Part shown: positions 35,870 to 46,374 of the stretch, piece by piece | How the letters are laid out: each line of letters starts with the position of its first letter | Position numbering within the stretch: position 1 is the stretch's first letter | DNA from: Scyliorhinus canicula | Taxonomy: Eukaryota | Length of the DNA: 64,000 nt | Direction: 5' to 3' | Assembly: GCF_902713615.1 (NCBI RefSeq) | Contig: NC_052149.1 | Span: forward strand, 125,615,256 to 125,679,255 | The notes under the pieces: model-generated | Told to the model about the DNA's origin: nothing | The model's input: the letters and a program-made list of their open reading frames with translations, nothing else | The model's database searches: none | Program-made: the position numbers and the translations under genes

Positions 35870-38800
35870 CTATCTCTGAGCCAAAAAGTCGAGGAAAGGC
35901 TGCCACCGCCTGAAGAACCCTTGTACCGACCCTCTCAGGGCGAATTTGACCCTTTCCAACTGAATAAAACTTGCCATGTCATTAATCCAAGTTTCCACGC
36001 TTGGAGGCCTCGCGTCCTTCCACTGTATTAGTATCCTTCTTCGAGCAACTAGGGACGCAAAGGCCAGTACTCCGGCCTCTCTCGCCTCCTGTACCCCCGG
36101 CTCCACCCCAACCCCAAAGATCGCAAGTCCCCATCCTGGTTTGACCCTGGATCCCACCACCCTCGACACCGTCCTTGCCACCCCCTTCCAGAACTCCTCC
36201 AGTGCCGGACATGCCCAAAACATATGGACATGGTTCGCTGGACTTCCCGAACACCTGACACATCTGTCCTCACCCCCAAAGAACCGACTCATCCTTGTCC
36301 CCGTCATATGGGCTCTATGTAGCACCTTAAATTGAATGAGGCTAAGCCTCGCACACGAGGAGGAAGAATTAACCCTCTCCAGGGCATCAGCCCATGTCCC
36401 ATCCTCTATCTGTTCTCCCAGCTCCCCCCTCCCACTTGGCTTTCAGCTCCTCTACTGATGCCTCCTCCGCCTCCTGCATTACTTTGTAGATGTCCGATAT
36501 CCTCCCCCCTCCGACCCAGACCCCCGAGAGCACCCTATCACTCGCCCCCCTACTGGGGAGCAAGGGAAACCCTTCCACCTGGCGTCTAGCAAATGTCTTC
36601 ACCTGCAAATGTCTAAACATGTTTCCCGGGGGGAGCCCGAATTTCTCCTCCAGCTCTCTCAGGCTCGCAAACCTCCCATCTACAAACAGATCCTTCAGCT
36701 GCCTGATGCCCACCCTGTGCCAGCTCTGAAATCCCCCGTCCATGTTCCCCGGGATGAATCTATGGTTCCCTCTTAACGGTGCCTCCATCAGACCTCCCAC
36801 TTCCCCCCTGTGTCGCCTCCACTGCCCCCAGATCTTGAGGGTGGCCGCCACCACCGGGCTCGTGGTGTACCTCGTGGGAGGGAGCGGCCATGGCGCCGTT
36901 ACTAGGGCCCCCAGGCTTATGTTGCCACAGGACGCCCTCTCCATTCGTTTCCAAGCTGCCCCCTCCCCTTCCATCATCCACTTGCGCACCATCGATACAT
37001 TTGCCGCCCAGTAATACCCCGAAAGATTGGGTAGTGCCAGCCCTCCACTATCCCTACTCCGCTCCAAGAAGACCCTCCTCACCCTTGGGGTGCCGTGCGT
37101 CCACACGTAGCTCATGATGCTACTCGTCACCTTTTTGAAGAAGGCCCTAGGGAGGAAGATGGGCAAGCACTGAAATAAAAACAAAAACCTCGGGAGGACC
37201 GTCATTTTAACGGACTGCACTCTGCCCGCCAGCGACAGCGGCACCATGTCCCACCTTTTAAATTCCTCCTCCATCTGTTCCACCAGCCTGGAGAAGTTCA
37301 GCTTGTGGAGAGTCCCCCAGTTCCTTGCCACCTGCACCCCTAAATATCTAAAACTCTTTCCTGCTCTCTTAAACGGGAGTCTCCCGATTCCCTCTTCCTG
37401 ATCCCCTGGGTGTATCACAAATACCTCACTCTTGCCCAAGTTTAGCTTGTACCCCGAAAAGTCCCCAAATTCTGCTAGCAGTTCCATCACCTCCGGCATT
37501 CCCCCTTCTGGGTCTGCCACGTATAGCAGCAGGTCGTCCGCGTATAGCGATACCCGGTGCTCCTCCCCGCCCCTTGTCAGCCCTCTCCACCCCCCTGAGC
37601 CCCTCAGTGCCATCGCCAACGGTTCAATTGCCAGTGCGAAGAGCAGGGGGGACAAGGGGCACCCCTGTCTGGTCCCCCGGTGGAGCCCAAAATACTCCGA
37701 TCTCCTACCATTCGTCACTACACTTGCCGTCGGGGCCGAATAGAGCAGCTTCACCCATTTAATAAATCCCTCCCCAAATCCAAACCGTTCCAGCGTCTCC
37801 CACAGGTACTTCCACTCCACCCTATCAAATGCCTTCTCCGCGTCCAATGCCACCACTATCTCCGCCTCACCCTCCACTGCCGGCATCATGATGACGTTTA
37901 GCAGTCTCCGCACGTTCGTATTAAGCTGCCGCCCTTTCACAAAACCCGTCTGGTCCTCGTGTATCACCCCTGGCACACAATCCTCTATCCTGGTAGCCAG
38001 GATCTTTGCCAGCAACTTGGCGTCCACATTCAGGAGCGAGATAGGCCTATATGACCCACACTACACGGGGTCCTTGTCCCGCTTCAAGATCAGAGAGATC
38101 AGTGCCTGCGACATTGTCGGGGGCAGAGCCCCCCCCTCCCATGCCTCGTTGAAGGCTCGTACCAGCACAGGGCCCACCAAATCCGCATATTTTTTGTAAA
38201 ATTCGACCGGGAACCCGTCTGGCCCCGGCGCCTTCCCCGTCTGCATATGCCCAATCCCCTTGACTAGCTCCTCTAACCCTATCGGCGCCCCCAGCCCCTC
38301 TACCAGCTCCTCTTGGACCTTGGGGAACCTCAATTTGTTCAAGAAGCCCTCCATCCCCCCTCCCCTCGTCGGCGGCTCTGACCGATACAGCTCCTTATAG
38401 AAGTCTCTGAAGACCCCATTTACTTCTGGCCCCTTCTGCACTACGTTCCCACCCCTCTCCCTCACTCCCCCAATTTCTCTAGCCGCATCCCGCTTGCGGA
38501 GCTGATGCGCCAACATCCTACTCGCCTTCTCCCCATATTCATAAATCGCGCCCTGCGCCCTTCTCCACTGTGTCTCTGCCTTTCTGGTGGTCAACAGGTC
38601 GAACTTAGCCTGCAAACTGCGCCGTTCCCCCAACAGCCCCTCCTCTGGTGCCTCCGCATATCTCCTATCCACGTCCAAAAGCTCCCCCACCAGCCTCTCC
38701 CTCTCCTGTCTCTCCCTCCTTTCCCTATGTGCCCGTATGGAGATCAGCTCCCCCCGGATCACCGCCTTCAGGGCCTCCCAGACCATCCCCACCTGCACCT

Positions 38801-39666
38801 CCCCCGTGTCATTAGTGGCCAGATATCTTTCAATGCTCTTCCGGACCCTCTTACACACCTCCTCATCCGCCAGCAACCCCACATCCAGGCGCCACAGCGG
38901 ACGCTGGTCCCGCGCCTCCCCCATTTCCAAATCTACCCAGTGTGGCGCATGGTCTGAGACCGCTATGGCCGAGTACTCCACTTCCCGTACTTTCGGGATC
39001 AGTCCCCTGCTCAATACAAAAAAGTCAATTCTAGAATAGACTCTGTGGACATGGGAGAAAAAGGAATACTCCCTCGCCCTCGGCCTCCCAAACCTCCAGG
39101 GGTCCACCCCTCCCATCTGCTCCATAAACCCCTTTAACACTTCTGCCGCTGCCGGCCTCCTACTCGTCCTTGAACTCGATCTGTCCAGCACGGGGTCCAG
39201 CACTGTGTTGAAGTCCCCCCCCATGATCAGGCCCCCCTGCCTCCAGGTCCGGAATGAGGCCCAGTAGGCGCCTCATGAAGCCAGCGTCGTCCCAATTCGG
39301 GGCATACACATTAACCATCACCACTTTCTCCCCCTGTAGCCTACCCTTCACCATGACATATCTACCCTCTTTATCCGCCACCACCTCCGCCGCCACGAAC
39401 GACACCCTCTTCCCTACCAGGATCGCCACCCCCCGGTTCTTTGCGTCCAGTCCTGAGTGGAACACCTGTCCCACCCACCCCCTACTCAGGCGGACCTGGT
39501 CCGCCACCTTCAAATGGGTCTCTTGTAGCATTGCTACATCCGCCTTCAGTCCCTTCAAATGCGAGATTACTCTCGTTCTCTTGACCGGCCCATTCAGCCC
39601 CCTCACATTCCAAGTGATCAGCCGGGTCGAAGGGAAGCCCGCCCCTCTCCCCTGCCGACTAGCCAT
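35870..39666 (-). pseudogene. L1-B ORF2 with one in-frame TAG (38061-38063) and two +1 indels in G runs (~39232-39237, ~36424-36432)
   Basis: TWNVRGLN, QETH, GGDFN, SLYADD, CVRCSGSPANHVHMFWAC; fragments 39160..39666, 38061..39224, 36387..38027, 35870..36325. Confidence 0.92.
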
Positions 39667-40370
39667 ATCCTGTCACCTGCTCGCCCCGAGTCAGCCCTCC
39701 CCTTCTGACCCGCTCCCCATGGCGATGGCGCCCTCCCCCCACCCCTCCGGTCCTCAACTTCTCCTCCCTGGCCTTTTCAGCAGCAACCCGGTAGCCCCCC
39801 CCCCTTCCCCCCTCCCCCTCCCCCCCCCCACCCCCCTCCCCCCCCAGGCTAGGACCCTTCCTAGCCGCGATGCACCCTCCATAGTACTTCCGTAAGTCAG
39901 CTGGTTTACGCTGACCCGGCTGCCCCTGCCACAATCCGACTCCTCCCGGCATGGGGGACATCCCCCCCCTTACCACCCTCCTCGACCCCGCTCCAGCGCG
40001 GGAAAGGGAGCCATTGCTGACCCCGCCCCTTCCTCCCACCCTCCTCCCTCCTCTGCCCCGCGCGCGGGAAACCAGAGGAAAGCCCGCGCTTTCGCCCTGC
40101 CACTCCCCACCCCTCCATCTTCAGTTCCACCCCCGTCCCCGATCCCACACCGATAAAAAAAAACCCCCACAAGAAACACATACCCCCGGCACTCCCCCCC
40201 CCCACCCCGCCCCCCCAACATAACATTATAAATAACAGAAAAAAGAAAAAAAACTGGCAGAGAGAAAAAAAGGGTCCAAAAATACAGCCAAGTGAAAATC
40301 CAACCAAAAGAAAGCCACGTGTCCAGCTTAAAGTACCAGAGCGGCAACGACCGCCAAGTATCCCCTGGTT

Positions 40371-41216
40371 CTAGTTCGAGTCCAGCTTTTCTTCCTGGAC
40401 AAAGGCCCACGCCTCCTCCGGGGACTCGAAATAGTGGTGCTGGTCCTTATAGGTCACCCACAAGCGCGCTGGCTGCAGCATCCCGAATCTGATTCTCTTG
40501 GCATGCAGCACCGCCTTCGTCCGGTTGAACCGGGCCCGCCGCTTTGCCACCTCCGCACTCCAGTCCTGGTAGATCCTCACCGTCGAGTTCTCCCATTTGC
40601 TGCTCCTCTCTCTCTTGGCCCACCTCAGCACCCTCTCCCGGTCACTGAATCGCTGGAACCGAACCAGCACCGCCCTCGGGGGTTCGTTTGCTCTTGGCTT
40701 CCTGGCCATTACTCTGTAGGCCTCCTCCAGTTCCAGGGGCGAAGGGACGGCCCCTGCCCCCATCAGTGAGCCCAGCATTTCTGCCACATACCTCGGGAGG
40801 TCCGACCCCTCCAGCCCTTCTGCCAGGCCCAGGATCCTCAGGTTTTTCCGCCTCATGCGGGTATCCATCTCCTCCAGTCGGTTTTGCCATTTCAGGTGGA
40901 GTGCCTCGTGCACCTCCACCTTCCCCACGAGGACCGTGGCCTCCTCCTCCCTCACAGCCATCTCCTGCTGCAGCTCCCGAATTGACGCCTCTTGGGTCGC
41001 CTGGGCTCCCATCAGCCTGGTGGTCGTCGCGTTCATCGACTCCAGCAGCTCCACTTTCAGCTCCGTGAAGAAGCGCAGGAGAACGGCCTGCTGCTCCTCC
41101 GCCCATTTCCTCCAGTCCTCGGGTGCGCCGCCGGCCGCCATTTTGGGTTTCTTCCCCCGCTTTTTTCGGGGAGCTGCTGCCGCTTTTTTTTCTGCCCCAC
41201 TTCGGGTGACGACCAT
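40371..41216 (-). CDS. L1-B ORF1, intact, 281 aa
   Basis: ATG at 41216; coiled coil followed by RRKNLRILGLAEG and PRAVLVRFQRFSDRERVLRWAK...FGMLQPARLWVTY. Confidence 0.9.
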   Translation of the reverse strand: MVVTRSGAEKKAAAAPRKKRGKKPKMAAGGAPEDWRKWAEEQQAVLLRFFTELKVELLESMNATTTRLMGAQATQEASIRELQQEMAVREEEATVLVGKVEVHEALHLKWQNRLEEMDTRMRRKNLRILGLAEGLEGSDLPRYVAEMLGSLMGAGAVPSPLELEEAYRVMARKPRANEPPRAVLVRFQRFSDRERVLRWAKRERSSKWENSTVRIYQDWSAEVAKRRARFNRTKAVLHAKRIRFGMLQPARLWVTYKDQHHYFESPEEAWAFVQEEKLDSN

Positions 41217-41418
41217 AAATTTTGCAGGGTTCTCCTCTGGGAACCTTCCCCCACCGGGAATCGTCGTTCCAGCGCCGTTAGGGGCCCTCCAATCGGCCCG
41301 AAAACACCTTCCTCGCAGGAGCAGCCAAACGTGCGACTTAGCTGGTCATAGCCGCAACCGGAAGTCCTTGAAATCCTTTATAATGGCAGCGATTAAAATT
41401 CCTTCTTTTCTCTTTCAG

Positions 41419-41747
41419 GCCGTGAGAATTCACAACCCACGCTGACCCTGCTACCCCCCTCCCCGGAGGAGGTCAAGACCAAGGGCACTGCCACCCTGGT
41501 GTGCCTTGCCAATCACTTCTATCCAGATGAGCTGGTGGTGGAGTGGAAGAAGGATGGTGCAGCCATTTCGGACGGGGTTCAGACCAGCAACTACCTGCGA
41601 GCTTCGGACAACACCTACAGTGTCAGCAGCCTGCTGACCCTCTCTGGCTCTGCCTGGGAGTCCAACGCCAGCTTCTCCTGTGCCCTCACCCACGTGAGCC
41701 TCTCCTCTGCCCTCAGCAAGAGCATCAGGAGATCAGAATGTGCGTAG
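41419..41747 (+). CDS. IGKC: Ig kappa-type light chain constant exon, intact
   Basis: TCTTTCAG acceptor; RENSQPTLTLLPPSPEEVKTKGTATLVCLANHFYPDELVVEWKKDG...YSVSSLLTL..SAWESNASFSCALTH...RRSECA-stop, with the penultimate interchain Cys. Confidence 0.97.
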
Positions 41748-41879
41748 AGTGTTAGAGACAGTCCACAGAGGAGACACAACTTTAAATAGAACAGGGGTGA
41801 GCTGGGAGGGCAAAGGTCATTGTCAGCACTGAATTACAACCTTCTCGGGACTGGGTCTGAGACACTTCTGAGGGTTAAT

Positions 41880-42170
41880 TCAATTTCAGGATGGTGTAGA
41901 GCGAACTTTACTTTGTATCTAACCCTGTTTGTACATGTCCTGCGAGAGTTTGATAGGGCAATGTGGAGTGAGGTTTACTCTGTATCTAAACCCATGCTGT
42001 ACCTGTCCTGGGAGTGTTTGATGGGACAGTGTAGAGGGAGCTTTGCTCTGTATCTAACCCCGTGCTGTACCTGTCCTGGGAGTGTTTGATGGGACAGTGC
42101 AGAGGGAGCTTTACTCTGTATCTAACCCCGTGCTGTACCTGTCCTGGGAGTGTTTGAGGGGACAGTGTAG
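41880..42170 (+). repeat. 68-bp tandem repeat (~4 copies, first degenerate) in the putative 3' UTR
   Basis: ACCTGTCCTGGGAGTGTTTGATGGGACAGTGTAGAGGGAGCTTTACTCTGTATCTAACCCCGTGCTGT repeated. Confidence 0.85.
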
Positions 42171-42365
42171 ACTCGTGATGCGAAGCAAAACCTCTCTAAG
42201 ATGCTGAAGACTGTCAGCTGTACAAAAATAATGTGACCCACTGAAGTCCCTGCTTCAGGAAAGCAGACCTCCTTCCTGCTCACCCTGCAGTTACAATTTA
42301 AGGTTTAGTCACTGTTTAAAGGGACAGTATTCTCCTGTTATTGAGAAAATCTCCACAAGTGTTTT

Positions 42366-42466
42366 AATAAACCTCCATTCTCCCTGTGAATTTCTCCAGC
42401 TTCCTCTGGCTGGGCTGTTTATTCAAGTCTTTTTTCTGACAATGTAAATCTGTAAAAGGTAATAAA
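42366..42466 (+). terminator. Candidate poly(A) signals for the light-chain transcript (AATAAA at 42366-42371 and 42461-42466)
   Basis: First canonical hexamers I found downstream of the C stop; which one is used is unknown. Confidence 0.5.
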
Positions 42467-42548
42467 CATTAAGAATATTCAGTCTGTGTCTCGGGTGTGC
42501 TTTGGAAATGTCCCTCCTCCCCATCAGCTGATTGGCTGCGTTTCAGCA

Positions 42549-42750
42549 AGTAAGAAGTCTTACAATACCAGGTTAAAGTTCAACAGGTTTGTTTCAAACA
42601 CGAGCTTTCGGAGAACTGCTCATTCACCTGAGGAAGGAGCTGCGCTCCGAAAGCTCGTGTTTGAAACAAACCTGTTGGACTTTAACCTGGTGTTGTAAGA
42701 CTTCTTACTGTGCTCACCCCAGTCCAACGCCGGCATCTCCACATCATGGC
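42549..42750 (+). mobile_element. Mini Penelope-derived insertion: 65-bp inverted arms (42549-42613 / 42645-42709) plus a short tail
   Basis: Near-identical to the PLE termini at 44950-45035 and 46340-46464; flanking duplication TTTCAGCAAGT at 42541-42551 and 42752-42762. Confidence 0.8.
42625..42659 (+). ncRNA. Minimal type I hammerhead ribozyme motif
   Basis: CAC-CTGAGGA-A-GGAGC(TGC)GCTCC-GAA-AGCT-C-GTG: core CUGANGA/GAAA, stem II, palindromic stem III, stem I CAC/GUG. Confidence 0.7.
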
Positions 42751-42879
42751 ATTTCAGCAAGTGATTGTCATGATTGGCTGGTTGGCCTGTCAATCAATGA
42801 CACATCAGCAGATGATTGGATTCAAAGACAATTATCAATCATTTTATAATGATCAGTTTTATCTGGAATCTCTGAGTTT

Positions 42880-44270
42880 AAAGATTCATATCAGAAAAGA
42901 GACTGAAAGTTGCTGGGATTAAATCATCACAATCACAATTCTCCAACCCATATTCCCCACCTCCCCCTTGACCTGACCATCTCACGTGGTCTCACTACTC
43001 CCATAGTTTCAATCACAGATAAGACCATCTCTGATCACTTCCTTGTATCACTCCTCACCCACATCCCCCTTCCACACCCCAACCCTACCCCCTTCTGTAT
43101 CCATCCCAGGAAAAACCTATTCCCCAATTCATTTACAACGGAACCTTCAAAATCCCAACTATCTGTCTCTGGCCCTCCGATCACCACAACATTTCTCCAG
43201 AGACAGATTTACCCAACCTCACCCTCACCTCCACCTTTGATATCCTCTTCCCCAATAAAACCATTCCTCTCTCTCACCCTGACCGTTCCTCCTGCTACGG
43301 CCTCATCTCCACTCATTTAATCCAAGGCACATAGACTTGAAAGGATGTGGTGGAGAACTGGTTTATCCATCCACTGTCAGATCCGGCTGGACCACTTCAA
43401 ACACTCCCGGCTCCTACTCCCATCTGCTAAAACTGCTCACTATTCCAGGATCATCCTGGAATGTAAAGATAATCCCGGCTTCTTTTCTCCACTGCAGACC
43501 ATCTTCTTAAACCCCTGTCCCCGTCCCCTCCACCCTCACCTCCAACAACAAGTGGGAGGGGCTCATGGACGTCTTTGTCACTCAGATTGAGACGATCCAT
43601 TCAGCTGCCTCGGCCACGTCCCTCCCTTCCACTAGGCCGTCTGGCAAACTTCCTCTAATTCTCCCCCCTGCCCGGGCCCTGAACTCACATCTTTCTCTAG
43701 TTTCACTCCTATCTCCCCTCATGCCCTCTCTGAGCTCATCTTGTCCATGAGACCTACCTCCTTCTCTCAGCTCATCTGCTGCCGAAACCCTCATCTATGT
43801 CTCCGTTACCTCTGGACGTGACTATTCCAATACACTCCTGGCTGCTCTCCCACATCCTACCCTCCGGAAACATGAGCTCATCCATCACTCTGCTGTCCCA
43901 GCCTGAACTCCCACCAAGTCCCATTCCCCTATCACCCCCTGTGCTCACTGACCCACATTGGCTCCTAGTCAAGCAATGTCTTGGTTTTAAAATTCTCATC
44001 CTTGTTTTCAAATCCCTCCATGTCCTCGCCCCTCCCTATCTCTGGAATCTCCTCTAGCCCCACAACCCTCCGAAATATCTGCGCTCCTCTAATTCTGGCC
44101 TCTTGTACATTCCTGATCAGAATCGCCCCACCATTGGCGGCTGTGCCTTCAACTGCCTGGGCCCCAAGCTCTGGGATTCCCTCCCTGAACCTCTCCATCA
44201 CTCTGTCTCACTGTGATCCTTTAAGGAACTTTTTAAAGTCCATCTTTTTGACCAATCATCTGAGTTAATA
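42880..44270 (+). mobile_element. L2-clade LINE, decayed and internally deleted
   Basis: HIPHLPLDLTISRGL...SDHFLV; AKTAHYSRIILECK; 3' region with ctcactgacccacattggctcc and tttaaaattctcatccttgttttcaaatccctcca. Confidence 0.8.
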
Positions 44271-44999
44271 TCTCCCTCTTTGTCTGGGTGTTATACTTTG
44301 TTACATAATGACGCTGTATGATATCTCGTTATGTTAACTGAACTATATAAATCACAGTTGTTGCTGTTGAGCATTCACTCTTCACTCTGTGCACTGGAGA
44401 TGTTGGTCCAGCTTGTGGGATCATACTGTGCAATCCCTGCTGCCTCCTGGGTAATACCTGAAACACACTTCGATCCCACCATGGTAAATAGTGAAATTTA
44501 AATTCAATAAATACCTGCAATTCAAAAGTGAAATGCAGCAATGCTGGACTTTGATGCGGATATATTTCTTCACCCAGAGAATGGTCGGACTGTGGAATTT
44601 GCTACCACAGGAAGTAGTTGAGGCTAAAATCGGGTAGGTTTTCTAGAAACAGTTAGAGATAGACTTTGGGGCGAAGGGGATCAAAGGATATGCGGGAAAG
44701 CCGGGATGGCCAGCCATGATCATAATGAATGGAGCAGCAGGATTGAAGGGCCAAAAAAGCTTCCAAAGATAGGGAGGGTTGCAGGGGCTGGAGGGTTACA
44801 GAGATAGGGAGGGTTGTAGGGGCTGGAGGGTTACAGAGATAGGGAGGGTTGCGGGGGATGGAGGAGGTTATAAAGATAGGGAGGGTTGTGGGGGCTGGAG
44901 GGTTACAGAGATAGGGAGGGTTGCAGGGGCTGGAGGATGTTATAAAGATAGTAAGAAGTCTTACAACACCAGGTTAAAGTCCAACAGGTTTGATTCAAA

Positions 45000-45034
45000 C
45001 ACGAGCTTTCGGAGCGCAGCTCCTTCCTCAGATG
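45000..45034 (-). ncRNA. Minimal hammerhead ribozyme motif in the PLE 3' UTR (sense to the GIY-YIG ORF)
   Basis: Minus strand CAT-CTGAGGA-A-GGAGCTGCGCTCC-GAA-AGCT-C-GTG. Confidence 0.65.
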
Positions 45035-46339
45035 AATGGCGAGGTATGTCCCAGAAACATTTGTATAGACAAAGTCAGAGATGCTGGACAATGCTTGGAA
45101 TGCAGGCATTTGCAGGTAATCAAATCATTGCAGATCCAGGGAGAGGGATAATCACAGGTTAAAGAGGTGTGAATTGTCTCAAGCCAGAACAGTTGGTGGG
45201 ATTTTGCAAGTCCAGGCCAGATGGTAGGGGGTGGATGTAATGCGACATGAATCTAAAATCCCTGTTGAGGCCGCACTCATGCGTGCGGAACTTAGCTATA
45301 AGTTTTTGCTCGACAATTCTGCGTTGTCGCGTGTCCTGAAAACCGCCTTGGAGAACGCTTACCCGGAGATCAGAGGCTGAATGCTCTTGACTGCTGAAGT
45401 GTTCCCCGACTGGAAGGGAACATTCCTGCCTGGTGATTGTCGCACGATGCCCGTTCATTCGTTGTCGCAGTGTCTGCATGGTCTCGCCAATGTACAACGC
45501 TTCGGGACATCCTTTCCTGTAGCGTATGAGGTAGACTACATTGGTCGAGTCGCACGAGTATGTGCCGTATACCTGGTGGGTGGTGTTTCCACGTGTAATG
45601 GTGGTATCCGAGTCGATGATCTGGCATGTCTTGCAGAGATTGCCCTGGCAGGGTTGTGTGGTGTCGTGGTCGCTGTTCTGAAGGCTGGGTAATTATTTGC
45701 TGCAAACAATGGTTTGTTTGAGGTTGCGCGGTTGTTTGAAGGCCAGTAGTAGGGGTGTGGGGTGACCTTGGCAAGATGTTCATCTTCATACACCTCTTTA
45801 ATCTGTGATTATCCCTCTCCCTGGATCTGCAATGATTTGATTACCTGGAACATACCTCGCCATTCACCTGAGGAAGGAGCTGTGCTCCGAAAGGGAGGGT
45901 TGTGGTGGCTGGAGGAGGTTATAAAGATATGGAGGGTTGTAGGGGCTGGAGGGTTACAGAGATAGGGAGGGTTGTAGGGGTGTGAGGCGCTTACAAAGAT
46001 AGGGAGGGTTGCAGGGGCTGGAGGAGGTTATAAAGATAGGGAGAGTTGTCGGGGCTGGAGGAGGTAACAAAGATAGGGAGGGTTGTGGGGACTGGAGGAG
46101 GTTATAAAGATAGGGAGGGTTGCAGGGGCTGGAGGAGGTTACAAAGATAGGGAGGGCTGCAGGGGCTTGAGGAGGTTACAAATATAGGGAGGGTTGTGGT
46201 GGCTGGAGGAGGTTACACCTCTTTAATCTGTGATTATCCCTCTCCCTGGATCTGCAATGATTTGATTACCTGCAAATGCCTGCATTCCAAGCATTGTCCA
46301 GCATCTCTGACAAATGTTTCTGGAACATACCTCGCCATT

Positions 46340-46374
46340 CACCTGAGGAAGGAGCTGTGCTCCGAAAGCTCGTG
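46340..46374 (+). ncRNA. Minimal hammerhead ribozyme motif in the inverted PLE terminus
   Basis: CAC-CTGAGGA-A-GGAGCTGTGCTCC-GAA-AGCT-C-GTG. Confidence 0.68.

Larger units (their letters stand above)
35559..41367 (-). mobile_element. Full-length L1-clade LINE (L1-B), 5.8 kb, antisense in the J-C intron
   Basis: 14-bp TSD TTGAAATCCTTTAT at 35545-35558 and 41368-41381; 5' end GGACTTCCGGTTGCGG; A-rich 3' tail. Confidence 0.95.
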
